DNA of 64,000 nucleotides from contig JBBDWV010000058.1 in assembly GCA_040902655.1 (NCBI GenBank), positions 1,013-65,012 on the forward strand, given 5' to 3'. This document shows positions 47,783-60,765 of this stretch, in pieces (within the stretch, counting starts at the first letter, position 1; every line of letters starts with the position of its first letter). Source of the stretch: Mycobacteriales bacterium (lineage in GTDB: Bacteria; Actinomycetota; Actinomycetes; Mycobacteriales; SCTD01). The position numbers were made by a program, and so were the translations under genes. The notes beneath the pieces were generated by a model. The model had not been told where the DNA came from. It searched no databases and saw only the letters and a program-made list of their open reading frames with translations.

Positions 47783-48600
47783 GCCTCGGCCTGCTCGACG
47801 CCGTCGTGCTCGGCGTCGTGGAGGGGCTCACCGAGTTCCTCCCGGTCTCCAGCACCGGCCATCTGACCATCGCCGAGGGACTGCTCGGCCTGGAGGTCGA
47901 CGACCCCTCCGTCACCGCCTTCACCGCAGTCATCCAGAGCGGCGCGATCGCCGCCGTGCTCCTCTACTTCGCCAAGGACATCGCCCGCTTCGCCCGCGGA
48001 TTCTTCGGCGGGCTTCGCTCCGCTGCGGGCCGCCGTACCGACGACTGGCGGCTCAGCCTCGCCGTGCTGGTCGGGTCGCTGCCGATCGGTGTGGTGGGGC
48101 TGGTCTTCCGCGACGTGATCAAGGGGCCGGTCCTGCGGTCGCTGACGACTGTCGGCATCGCTCTCATCGCGTGGAGCGCCGTCATGGTCTACGCCGAGCG
48201 GCGGGCCACCCAGCGCCGCCCCGAGGCGGAGGTCACCGTGCGGGACGGGTTGCTGATCGGCGTGGCCCAGTGCGTCGCGCTGATCCCCGGCGTCTCCCGC
48301 TCCGGCGCCACCATTTCGGCGGGGCTGCTGCTCGGCCTGGACCGGGTGGCGTCGACCCGGCTCGCCTTCTTCCTCGGCATCCCGGCGCTGGTGGCCGCCG
48401 GCGCGCTGGAGCTGCCCGACGCGCTCGGCGGCCCCGTGGGGCTGGGCCCGGTGGTCGTCGGAACCCTCGTGTCCTTCGTCGTCGCGTACGCCTCGATCGC
48501 CTGGCTGCTCAAGTTCGTGGCCACCCACTCGATCGTCGCCTTCGTGCCCTACCGCGTCGCCCTCGGCGCCGTCGTGCTCGCCGTCCTCGCGCTGACCTGA
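47779..48600 (+). CDS. uppP: Undecaprenyl-diphosphate phosphatase
   Basis: VEGLTEFLPVSSTGHL, PGVSRSGATI, FFLGIPA. GTGA overlap with the upstream paralog. Confidence 0.93.
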   Translation: MSLGLLDAVVLGVVEGLTEFLPVSSTGHLTIAEGLLGLEVDDPSVTAFTAVIQSGAIAAVLLYFAKDIARFARGFFGGLRSAAGRRTDDWRLSLAVLVGSLPIGVVGLVFRDVIKGPVLRSLTTVGIALIAWSAVMVYAERRATQRRPEAEVTVRDGLLIGVAQCVALIPGVSRSGATISAGLLLGLDRVASTRLAFFLGIPALVAAGALELPDALGGPVGLGPVVVGTLVSFVVAYASIAWLLKFVATHSIVAFVPYRVALGAVVLAVLALT

Positions 48601-48638
48601 CCGGTCGGACCAGCCCCCGGGACCGTAGGGTCACCCCA

Positions 48639-49337
48639 ATGACCACCGTCGTGCTCGTCCGCCACGGGCTGACCGCGATGACCGGCCCGGTGCTCGCCGG
48701 CTGGACGCCGGGACTGCACCTGGACGAGCGGGGCGAGAGGCAGGCGGCGGCCGTCGCCGAACGGCTGCGGCCACTGCCCCTGGACGCGGTGGTGTCCAGT
48801 CCCCTGGACCGCTGCCTCGACACCGCCGGGTTCGTCCTCAGGGGCCGCGACCAGTCCCTGCAGGTGGAGGACCGGCTGGGGGAGTGCCGCTACGGCGACT
48901 GGACCGGCCGGCCGCTGAAGGAGCTGGCGAAGGATCCGCTCTGGAAGGTCGTCCAGAACCACCCCTCCGCGGTGGTCTTCCCCGGTCCCGAGGGCGAGCC
49001 GCTGCGCGAGACGCAGAACCGGGCCGTCGCCGCTGTCCGGGACTGGAACGGCCGGCTCGGCCCCGACGCCACCTGGCTGGCCTGCTCACACGGCGACGTC
49101 ATCAAGGCCGTGGTGGCCGACGCGATGGGACTGCATCTCGACCAGTTCCAGCGCATCGCCGTCGACCCGTGCTCGGTCACGGTGATCCGCTACACCGAGC
49201 TACGGCCGTTCGTCGTACGGGTGAACGACACCGGCGGCGGGGTGGCCGACCTGCTGCCGCCGAAGAGGAAGGGCCGCCGGCGCAGGAACTCCTCCGACGC
49301 CGTCGTCGGTGGCGGCGCCGGCGCCGGCGCCGTCTAG
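48639..49337 (+). CDS. Histidine phosphatase (MSMEG_4193-like phosphomutase)
   Basis: LVRHG, SSPLDRC, GECRYGDWTG, SHGDVIK. Confidence 0.9.
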   Translation: MTTVVLVRHGLTAMTGPVLAGWTPGLHLDERGERQAAAVAERLRPLPLDAVVSSPLDRCLDTAGFVLRGRDQSLQVEDRLGECRYGDWTGRPLKELAKDPLWKVVQNHPSAVVFPGPEGEPLRETQNRAVAAVRDWNGRLGPDATWLACSHGDVIKAVVADAMGLHLDQFQRIAVDPCSVTVIRYTELRPFVVRVNDTGGGVADLLPPKRKGRRRRNSSDAVVGGGAGAGAV

Positions 49338-49347
49338 GGTCGACAGG

Positions 49348-49893
49348 GTGCCCCGCCAGGTCTTCCTCTTCGACCCGCCCGAGCGCTTCGTGGCCGGGAC
49401 GGTCGGCCAGCCCGGCGACCGCACCTTCTACCTCCAGGCCTCGGGCGCCGGCCGCACCGTGTCGGTCGCACTGGAGAAGGTGCAGGTGTCGGTGCTTGCC
49501 GAGCGGCTCCAGGAGCTGCTCGAGGAGGTCCGTCGGCGCGGCGCCGGCGACGTCCCCGTGGTGGTGTCACGCGAGCTCGAGGACACCGCACCGCTGGACG
49601 CCCCGATCGAGGAGGAGTTCCGCGTCGGGACGATGGGCCTGGCGTGGGACGGCGAGTCCGAGGTCGTGGTGGTCGAGGCGCTCGCGCCGAGCGAGGACGA
49701 GGTGGAGGTCCTGTCGGAGGCCGAGGAGGGCCCCGACGTCCTGCGCGTGAAGATGTCTGCCGCCATGGCCCGGGCCTTCATCGTGCGCGCCCAGCGGGTC
49801 GTCGCTGCGGGGCGGCCACCGTGCCCGCTCTGCGCCCTGCCGCTCGATCCCGAGGGCCATGTCTGTCCTCGTCAGAACGGCCACCGGCGCTGA
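49348..49893 (+). CDS. DUF3090-family protein
   Basis: RFVAGTVGQPGDRTFYLQA, EEFRVGTMGLAWD, CPLCALPLDPEGHVCPRQNG. Confidence 0.88.
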   Translation: MPRQVFLFDPPERFVAGTVGQPGDRTFYLQASGAGRTVSVALEKVQVSVLAERLQELLEEVRRRGAGDVPVVVSRELEDTAPLDAPIEEEFRVGTMGLAWDGESEVVVVEALAPSEDEVEVLSEAEEGPDVLRVKMSAAMARAFIVRAQRVVAAGRPPCPLCALPLDPEGHVCPRQNGHRR

Positions 49894-49940
49894 GCGGTGC
49901 CGAGGCTGCAGACGACGCGTCCGTGCCGGACACTGGGGCG

Positions 49941-50675
49941 GTGACTGCGCCCGACACGCTGACCCTCGAGCTCGACGACGTGCTGCGCCTGCTGCGCGAG
50001 GGCCAGCTTGCGATCCAGGGGCGGCTGGTCGAGGCGAGCAACGCGACGCTCTACTGCGCCGCCACCCTTGACGGTGTCACCGCCGCAGTCGTCTACAAGC
50101 CGGTACGCGGGGAGCGCCCCCTCTGGGACTTCCCTGATGGGACGCTGGCCGGCCGCGAGGTCTCGGCCTACCTCGTCTCGCAGGCGACCCGCTGGGACCT
50201 GGTACCACCGACGGTGCTGCGCGAAGGGCCTTTCGGACCAGGGATGTGCCAGCTGTGGGTGGAGGTCGACGAGACGGTCGACCTCGGAGCGCTGGCCCGC
50301 AGCGAGCACCCGGACCTGCAGCGCATGGCGGTCTTCGACGCGGTGGTCAACAACGCCGACCGCAAGGGCGGCCACCTGCTGCCGCGCCACGACGGTCGGG
50401 TGCAGGGCGTGGACCACGGAATCTGCTTCTCGACGCAGGACAAGCTGCGCACCCTGCTGTGGCAGTGGCGCGGCCAGCCGCTGACCCCCGAGGCGGTCGA
50501 GGTGCTCTCGTCGGTGCGGGCGCGGCTCGACGGTGACCTCGGCGTGGCCCTGTCCGCGCTGCTGACGGCCGCCGAGGTCGACGCGACCAGGGCCAGGGTG
50601 GGCCACCTGCTCGCCAGTGGCCGGCACCCGCAGCCGTCAGCGGATTGGCCCGCCGTCCCGTGGCCGCCGTTCTGA
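49941..50675 (+). CDS. SCO1664-family (PI3/PI4-kinase-like) protein
   Basis: ASNATL, YKPVRGERPLWDFPDGTLAGRE, DAVVNNADRKGGH, KLRTLLW. Start is approximate. Confidence 0.88.
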   Translation: MTAPDTLTLELDDVLRLLREGQLAIQGRLVEASNATLYCAATLDGVTAAVVYKPVRGERPLWDFPDGTLAGREVSAYLVSQATRWDLVPPTVLREGPFGPGMCQLWVEVDETVDLGALARSEHPDLQRMAVFDAVVNNADRKGGHLLPRHDGRVQGVDHGICFSTQDKLRTLLWQWRGQPLTPEAVEVLSSVRARLDGDLGVALSALLTAAEVDATRARVGHLLASGRHPQPSADWPAVPWPPF

Positions 50676-50693
50676 CGGCCGATCCGAGACCGG

Positions 50694-51539
50694 TCAGGCG
50701 CCGGGGACGGTGACGCAGCCGGCGGTGCGGCCGACCCGGACCAGTCCGGCGCGGTCGCCGGACTGCAGGTCCGCCACAGCCGGCAGCACGCTGGCCATCA
50801 GCTGGCTGCGGTCGCTGACGTGGCCGAGGCCCATCGCGTGCGCCAGCTCGTGCAGCGCGACGGCGCTCCAGGAGTGCGGGCCCTCCAGCGGCAGGGTGTC
50901 GGTGCGGTCGAGGGCGATGACGGCCGCGCGGGTGGCGGCGACCTTCGCGCCCTCCGGTGTCTGCACGCCGAACCACGCAGTGCGCGTCATGCCCAGCACG
51001 CTCTTGGCCTGGTTGGCGAGCAGGTCGCTGCTCGTGCCGTCGGTCCAGCCGATCAGCACCGGCGGGTAGGACTCCTGCGCGCGGGTCGGCAGGTAGCCGC
51101 TGGTCGGGACGGTCGCGGTCGTACCGACGTACTCCCAGCTCGTCCCGGTGATGGCGGCGACGCGTGCGACGGCCGCCTGGAGGACGTCCAGCCCGCCGGC
51201 CGGGCCCTGCGAGACAGTGGCGGTCCACCGGATCGGCGTGCACGGGTCCCACCGGACCGGCTTGCCGTCCAGCACCGTGGTGAAGGCGTAGCTCGTGGCG
51301 GAGGTCGTCGTGCCGGCGCGGGTGGCGGTCGATTTGCCGGGGGCGGTACGGCTCTGCCTGGTGACCGTGCCCACCCGCTTGAACGCAGCGTCCGGTCCGG
51401 CCGCGCCGGACAGCGTCGAGGACGTGTCCGGCACCGTGGCGGTGAGGGACGGGGCCACGGCCCCGGCCACTCCCAGCGCCACCAGGACCAGCGCGAGGGA
51501 GGCGGTGACGATGCGGCGGCGGCTGGTGGAAGGTGACAT
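50694..51539 (-). CDS. Secreted matrixin-like (M10/metzincin) metalloprotease
   Basis: Signal-like N-terminus, HELAHAMGLGH (HExxHxxGxxH), downstream Met-turn SQLM. Confidence 0.82.
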   Translation of the reverse strand: MSPSTSRRRIVTASLALVLVALGVAGAVAPSLTATVPDTSSTLSGAAGPDAAFKRVGTVTRQSRTAPGKSTATRAGTTTSATSYAFTTVLDGKPVRWDPCTPIRWTATVSQGPAGGLDVLQAAVARVAAITGTSWEYVGTTATVPTSGYLPTRAQESYPPVLIGWTDGTSSDLLANQAKSVLGMTRTAWFGVQTPEGAKVAATRAAVIALDRTDTLPLEGPHSWSAVALHELAHAMGLGHVSDRSQLMASVLPAVADLQSGDRAGLVRVGRTAGCVTVPGA

Positions 51540-51636
51540 GAAGTAGTCCTCGGTCACGCACCGTGATGACAGTAGAGGGCTGATCGGGTGAAAAGCCGGG
51601 CGGGGACCGCGTGCGGCGGCTCGGTAGGCTGCTCCC

Positions 51637-52860
51637 ATGCAGTCCTGGCCCGCGACCGCGGTACCCGTACTCCCGCGGACCACCGGCGACCCGGCGCCAC
51701 TGCGGCTGCACGACAGCGCCGCCGGCGCGCTGCGCGAGGTCGCCGCGGGGGCGACGGCCCAGCTCTACGTCTGCGGCATCACCCCGTACGACGCGACCCA
51801 CCTGGGTCACGCGGCCACCTACCTGGCCTTCGACACGCTCGTGCGGGTGTGGCGGGACCGCGGGCACGACGTGGAGTACGTGCAGAACGTCACCGACATC
51901 GACGACCCGCTGCTCGAGCGTGCGCAGCGGGACGGCGAGGACTGGGCCGCCGTCGCCGAGCGCGAGACCGCCTTGTTCCGCGAGGACATGACGGCGCTGC
52001 GCGTCCTGCCGCCGACGCACTACGTCGGGGCGGTCGAGGCGATGGAGGACATCACGGCCTTCGTCGTCCGGTTGCTGGACGCCGGCGCGGCGTACCGGTT
52101 GGACGACGACGTCTACTTCTCCGTCGCGTCCGCCGGGCACTTCGGCAGCGTGTCGGCCTACGACAACGCCACGATGCTGCTCCTGTCCGCCGAGCGGGGG
52201 GGAGACCCGCAGCGAGCCGGGAAGAAGGACCCGCTGGACCCGCTGCTGTGGCTGGCGGCCCGCCCCGGTGAGCCGTCGTGGCCGTCACCGCTCGGCCCGG
52301 GCCGGCCCGGCTGGCACGTCGAGTGCACGGTCATCGCGCTGAACCGGCTCGGCGACGCCTTCGACGTCCAGGGCGGTGGCTCCGACCTCGTCTTCCCGCA
52401 CCACGAGATGTCGGCGGCACACGCCGAGGTCGGCACCGGGGGCTGGCCGTTCGCGCGCGCCTACGTGCACGCCGGAATGGTCGGGCTGGACGGCGAGAAG
52501 ATGAGCAAGTCGCGCGGCAACCTGGTCTTCGTCTCGCACCTGCGGTCGGCCGGTGTCCATCCCGGCGCGCTACGACTGGCCCTGTTGTCGGCGCACTACC
52601 GCGCGGACCGCAACTGGACGGACGGGACTTTGACGGCCGGTGCAGCCCGCCTCGCGTCCTGGCGCGACGGCGTGAACCGCCGCACCGGACCGTCCGGCGC
52701 CGAACTCGTGGGCGGGCTGCGGGCCGCACTCGCCGCGGACCTGGACACGACGACCGCGCTGGCACTGGTCGACGCGTGGTGCGCCGGCGCCGGCGACGAC
52801 CCCGGCGCACCGGCGCTGGTCCGCGACGCGGTCGACGCGCTGCTGGGCGTGGCGCTCTGA
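51637..52860 (+). CDS. mshC: Cysteine:GlcN-Ins ligase (mycothiol biosynthesis)
   Basis: [56 protein letters not shown]. Confidence 0.95.
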   Translation: MQSWPATAVPVLPRTTGDPAPLRLHDSAAGALREVAAGATAQLYVCGITPYDATHLGHAATYLAFDTLVRVWRDRGHDVEYVQNVTDIDDPLLERAQRDGEDWAAVAERETALFREDMTALRVLPPTHYVGAVEAMEDITAFVVRLLDAGAAYRLDDDVYFSVASAGHFGSVSAYDNATMLLLSAERGGDPQRAGKKDPLDPLLWLAARPGEPSWPSPLGPGRPGWHVECTVIALNRLGDAFDVQGGGSDLVFPHHEMSAAHAEVGTGGWPFARAYVHAGMVGLDGEKMSKSRGNLVFVSHLRSAGVHPGALRLALLSAHYRADRNWTDGTLTAGAARLASWRDGVNRRTGPSGAELVGGLRAALAADLDTTTALALVDAWCAGAGDDPGAPALVRDAVDALLGVAL

Positions 52861-52867
52861 CGACACT

Positions 52868-53740
52868 TCAGCCGCCACCAGCGTTGCCGTCGCCGCGCCG
52901 CAGGTAGCGCTCGAACTCGTTGGCGATGGCCTCTCCGGAGGCCTCCGGCAGGTCCACCTCCGGCTCGCGCTGCTCCAGCGAGGTGATGTAGTCGGCCACG
53001 TCGGTGTCCTCGGCGGCCAGTTCGTCCACCGCATGCTCCCAAGCCCGGGCGCGATCGGCCAGGTCGGCGAGCGGCACCGGCAGGTCCAGTAGGTCCTCCA
53101 CCCGGCGCAGCAGCGCGAGGGTGGCCTTGGGGCAGGGCGGCTGGGCGACGTAGTGCGGCACGGCCGCCCAGAAGGAGATGGCCGGCAGCCCCGACTGGGC
53201 GCACACGTCCTGGAAGACGCCGACGATGCCGGTCGGGCCTTCATAGCGGGAACGCTCCAGGCCGAGCACCTGCATCGTCCTGCGGTCGGACGCGGTGCCG
53301 CTGACCGGCACCGGCCGGGTGTGCGGGCTGTCGGCGAGCAGCGCGCCCAGTGTGACGACCAGCTCCGTGCCGAGCTGCGCGGCGATGGCCAGCAACTCCT
53401 CGCAGAAGCCGCGCCAGCGCATGTTCGGCTCGAGGCCGCGCACGAGGACCACGTCGCGATCGCTGTCCGGCAGCCAGCAGACCGAGACGCGGGTGGTCGG
53501 CCAGGTGATCTGCCGGGTCACCCCGTCCACCAGGGAGACGGCCGGGCGGTTGACCTGGAAGTCGTAGTAGGGGTCCGGGTCGATCGCGATCACCTGCGAG
53601 CCCTGCCACACCTGCTCCAGATGCTCGACGGCCCCGGACGCGGCGTCCCCGGCGTCGTTCCAACCCTCGAACGCCGCGATGAGCACCGGCCTGCGCAACG
53701 ACGGCAGGTGCGGCGACGGACGGCTGGGCAGGTCGCTCAT
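52868..53740 (-). CDS. PAC2-family protein (proteasome assembly chaperone-like)
   Basis: AAFEGWNDAGDAAS, YYDFQVNRP, EPNMRW, LGALLADSPHTRP, YEGPTGIVG, AAVPHY. Confidence 0.9.
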   Translation of the reverse strand: MSDLPSRPSPHLPSLRRPVLIAAFEGWNDAGDAASGAVEHLEQVWQGSQVIAIDPDPYYDFQVNRPAVSLVDGVTRQITWPTTRVSVCWLPDSDRDVVLVRGLEPNMRWRGFCEELLAIAAQLGTELVVTLGALLADSPHTRPVPVSGTASDRRTMQVLGLERSRYEGPTGIVGVFQDVCAQSGLPAISFWAAVPHYVAQPPCPKATLALLRRVEDLLDLPVPLADLADRARAWEHAVDELAAEDTDVADYITSLEQREPEVDLPEASGEAIANEFERYLRRGDGNAGGG

Positions 53741-54630
53741 GACATTGCCCCTTCCCCGCCGAACCGCGGCAAGACCTCCTCGGCCGCGGCCCGCACCAGA
53801 CCGGTCACCAGTGCCGGCCATTGAAGCGGGACGTCGTGCACGGCGCCGTCCCAGCGCAGCACCCGCGGCGAGCTCAGCAACGCCGCTGCCCGGTCCAGCG
53901 CCGCAACTGCGGCCTCGTCGGGTGAGCAGCGCACCAGCCAGGCCGGGCACCGCACCGAGGGCAACCGCATCTCGGGGTCGGTGTCGAGCAGATCCTCGAC
54001 GATCGCCATGTGCACCTCGAACGGCAGCCGCGGCCGGGCCAGCCCGTCTTCGCCGACCGCGAAGATCGGCAGCAGGGCGGCCTCGACCGCAGGGCTCCAC
54101 CACGGTGCCAGCGGACCGGAGCGCAGGCGGCTGCGGAGCTGGTCCGGCGACAGCGCGATCCGGGGCGGCGTCAGCCGCTCGCGGGCCAGCTCTCTCGTCG
54201 GCGCGAGGTCGCCGGTGCGGCCGACCCCGCCGTCCACCGCCACCACGGCCAGCACCCGCGACGGTGCCGTGGCAGCCATGCGCAGCGCCGTCCACGCGCC
54301 CCAGGAGTGCCCGACGACGACCGCCCGGGACAGTCCCACGGCGTCGAGCGCCGTCAGCGCGTCCGCCACGACCGTCCCGCCGTCGTACGGTCCCGCCGGA
54401 CACTCGCTGTCGCCGTGCCCACGCTGGTCGAGCGCCACGATCGGCGAGCCGGCCAGCCCGGGCACGACAAGATCCCAGAAGCGGCGGGTGGAGCCCAGCC
54501 CGTGGAGCAGCAGCACCGGCGGCCCGCTGCCCGGCCAGCGGGTCGCCCGCAGCCGCACGTCCGCCCCTGGCAGATCCAGGTCCAGCCCACCGGAGACCGG
54601 TGCCGACGGGCCGGGCCAGGAGGAGGTCAC
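53737..54630 (-). CDS. Alpha/beta hydrolase
   Basis: LLHGLG, DQRGHG, GHSWG, DGAVHDV. Confidence 0.85.
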   Translation of the reverse strand: MTSSWPGPSAPVSGGLDLDLPGADVRLRATRWPGSGPPVLLLHGLGSTRRFWDLVVPGLAGSPIVALDQRGHGDSECPAGPYDGGTVVADALTALDAVGLSRAVVVGHSWGAWTALRMAATAPSRVLAVVAVDGGVGRTGDLAPTRELARERLTPPRIALSPDQLRSRLRSGPLAPWWSPAVEAALLPIFAVGEDGLARPRLPFEVHMAIVEDLLDTDPEMRLPSVRCPAWLVRCSPDEAAVAALDRAAALLSSPRVLRWDGAVHDVPLQWPALVTGLVRAAAEEVLPRFGGEGAMS

Positions 54631-54689
54631 CGGAGGAAACCTACCGCTCGGGCGCCGGGCCGACGGCGCGCCGTCGGTAGCATCGGACG

Positions 54690-58243
<3,554 letters not shown>

Positions 58244-58244
<1 letters not shown>

Positions 58245-58894
58245 TGGAAGCCGTCCTGTGGGACATGGACGGCCTCCTCGTCGACAGCGAGCCGCTGTGG
58301 ACGGTGGCCGAGGTGGAGCTCGCCGCGCTGCTCGGCGGCACCTGGGACGACGTCGTCAAGGCGCGCTGCGTAGGCACCCGGCTGGACGTCGCCGTCCCGA
58401 TCATCCTGCACTACTACGGCGCGTCCGACACGCCGGAGCAGGTGGCGGAGTCCAGTGCCTGGCTGCTGCGCCGCATGGTGGAGCTCTACGCCTCCACGCT
58501 GCCGCTGATGCCGGGCGCCGAGGTGCTGCTCGCAACACTTGTCGCCGAGGGCGTGCCGATGGCGCTGGTGTCCTCCTCGTACCGCGTGCTGGTCGAGGCG
58601 GTCGTGGACACCGGCATCGGGCCGTTCGCGCTGACGCTGGCCGGGGACGAGGTGGTGCACGCCAAGCCCGACCCCGAGCCCTACCTCACGGCGGCCAAGC
58701 GGCTCGACGTCGACCCCGGGCGATGCGTGGTGCTCGAGGACTCGCCCCCCGGGGTCGCCGCGGCGGAGGCCGCCGGCTGCGCCGTCGTCGCCGTGCCGAG
58801 CGTGCCGGGGGTGACCTTCGCCCCTGCCGCACGTCGGTTGGTGGTCAGCTCGCTCACCCAGCTGACGCCGGCCGACCTGCGCGCGCTGGTCTGA
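58244..58894 (+). CDS. HAD-family phosphatase
   Basis: WDMDGLLVDSE, KPDPEPY, LEDSPPG. Confidence 0.9.
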
Positions 58895-58928
58895 TCGCAG
58901 CTCCCCGCGCCGGTGGCGGTCGGCCGCT

Positions 58929-58963
58929 CCGGTGGACGCGGCCGGGCCGGTGGACGCGGCCGG
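58929..58963. repeat. 17-nt direct repeat x2 (period 18)
   Basis: ccggtggacgcggccgg at 58929 and 58947. Confidence 0.8.
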
Positions 58964-59057
58964 AAAGTCGGCTGGTCGGCGCGTAGCCGCCCCCGCTGTG
59001 CTGCTCTGGTTCAGCTACCGGCGCGTCTGCCGTGCCGGGCCCGGCTCGACACGAGAT

Positions 59058-59113
59058 CAAGATCTTCGGAACATCCACAGGGCCAGGGTCCTGTGGATGT
59101 TCCGAAGATCTTG
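59058..59113. repeat. 24-bp perfect inverted repeat with 8-nt loop between convergent genes (REP-like)
   Basis: caagatcttcggaacatccacagg-gccagggt-cctgtggatgttccgaagatcttg. Confidence 0.9.
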
Positions 59114-59230
59114 CTCAGCTTCGGCGGCACCTGCGCCATCCACGACCTGCGACGCGCCGAGCTGCGGAGTCCCCCCACCCCGGCCCCCGCGCGGGGGGAG
59201 GCCCGTTCCGGGCTGAAAATTAGCGCAGCC

Positions 59231-60130
59231 CTACACCTGCTGTGCCCTCTCCACAGCGACACGCTGGTGCGGCAGCGGCTCGTCCGGGCCCGGCACCTGC
59301 TCGGGCCAGGGCGGCGGCGTGCCGCCGAAACTGGGGCACAGCGCCTGGTGGTCGCACCAGCCGCAGAGCTTGCTCGGTCGGGGCGGGAACTCGCGCAGCT
59401 GGGTGGCCCGCTCGACCGCCGCCCACAGGGCGAGCACCTTGCGCTCGGTGGCGACCAGGTCGGCCTCGTCGGGGGAGTACCGCAGCACCTCCCGATCGCC
59501 GAGGTACATCAGCTGGAGCAACCGGGGGATCTGCCCGGTGCTACGCCACAGGACGAGCGCGTAGAACTTCATCTGGAACAGCGCCTTGCCCTCGAAGGCC
59601 TCGCGAGGCGAGCGCGCGCACTTGTAGTCCACGACGCGAAGCTCGCCCGTGGGTGCCCGGTCCAGCCGGTCGACGATCCCGCGCAGCCGCAGCCCGCCGG
59701 GAAGGACGACCTCGACCAGCCGCTCCCGCTCGGCCGGCTCGAGCCGGGTCGGGTCCTCCAGCGTGAAGTAGCCGGCCAGCAGCTCGCGGGCGCTGTCGAG
59801 CCAGGCGACCAGCTCGCTCGGCTGCTCGAACAGGGAGGCCACCTCTGGCTCGGCCTCGAGCAGCCGCTCCCACTCCGGGCGCAGCATCCCGGCGGCCGCG
59901 TCGAGCGTGCGCCCGGCGGCGGGGAGGTCGTACAGGCGCTCGAGCACGGCGTGCACCAGCGTCCCGCGGGTGGCGGCCGAGGACGGCGCCTGCGGCAGGC
60001 GGTCGATCGTCCGGAAGCGGAACAGCAGCGGGCAGGTCATGAAGTCTCCCGCCCGGGACGGCGACAGCGAGCCGATGACCGGCGTCGGGAGGTCGACGGG
60101 AGGGGAGGCCTGCGCTGTCTCTGCGGTCAT
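59231..60130 (-). CDS. RecB-family PD-(D/E)XK exonuclease with four-Cys Fe-S staple
   Basis: LSPSRAGDFMTCP, LRGIVDRLD, VVDYK, QMKFYAL, LCGWCDHQALCP. Confidence 0.9.
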   Translation of the reverse strand: MTAETAQASPPVDLPTPVIGSLSPSRAGDFMTCPLLFRFRTIDRLPQAPSSAATRGTLVHAVLERLYDLPAAGRTLDAAAGMLRPEWERLLEAEPEVASLFEQPSELVAWLDSARELLAGYFTLEDPTRLEPAERERLVEVVLPGGLRLRGIVDRLDRAPTGELRVVDYKCARSPREAFEGKALFQMKFYALVLWRSTGQIPRLLQLMYLGDREVLRYSPDEADLVATERKVLALWAAVERATQLREFPPRPSKLCGWCDHQALCPSFGGTPPPWPEQVPGPDEPLPHQRVAVERAQQV

Positions 60131-60372
60131 GACGCAGACGCTACGTCTGCCCTGTGACACGAACCGGCCGCAACGCCGTGTCGGTGGTGGCCAGCCCCTA
60201 CGGCGGCTCGGCCGGGAGCACCCTCCGCGACTCCGGGCAGGTGATCCACAGGAAGAATGAGGTGATCCTGACCGGCCGGCGCACCTGAACATCCGCGTGG
60301 ATCACGGGTGCGCGTGGAGCACTGCTGCGGGAGCCTCGCGCGACTGCGTCCGCCTCCCGTGTCGTCCAGGAG

Positions 60373-60756
60373 GTGGGAGGGTGCGCGAGCGACCGTGGAG
60401 AGAGGTGCGTCCTGTCCGATCCAGTGCTGGCTGCCGTGTTGTGCTCGCTGGCCGGGGCACGGACGGGGCACCGGGTGGCCGCCGTGGGCGCCGACCCGGT
60501 CGTCACCCGCGCACTGCTCGCGATGACCGGCACCACCGAGCTGGTCGAGGACGACGCGGCGGTCGTGATCGCCGGTGCGGCGTACGAGGTGCCGACCGCA
60601 ATGCGCATGCTGGCGCCGGGAGGACGGCTGGTCGCCGTCGCCGCGGACGCCGCCGCCGCCCGACGGGTCGCCACCGCCGCCGGCCTCGAGCTGCGGCACG
60701 TCGAGCGGGTCGGGCAGCGTGTCGCCTGGTCCGCCGTACGACCCACCGGCCCGTAG
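60373..60756 (+). CDS. Short hypothetical protein, possibly a truncated Rossmann/methyltransferase-like fold
   Basis: GARTGHRVAAVG and MLAPGGRLVAV resemble SAM-MTase motif I and post-II. Start is unclear. Confidence 0.4.
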   Translation: MGGCASDRGERCVLSDPVLAAVLCSLAGARTGHRVAAVGADPVVTRALLAMTGTTELVEDDAAVVIAGAAYEVPTAMRMLAPGGRLVAVAADAAAARRVATAAGLELRHVERVGQRVAWSAVRPTGP

Positions 60757-60765
60757 GGTCGGTCC

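Noticed and set aside
59231-60130. Cas4 / CRISPR-Cas locus
   Set aside because: No repeat-spacer array or other cas genes are present. This RecB-family nuclease is a normal resident upstream of the actinobacterial proteasome locus.
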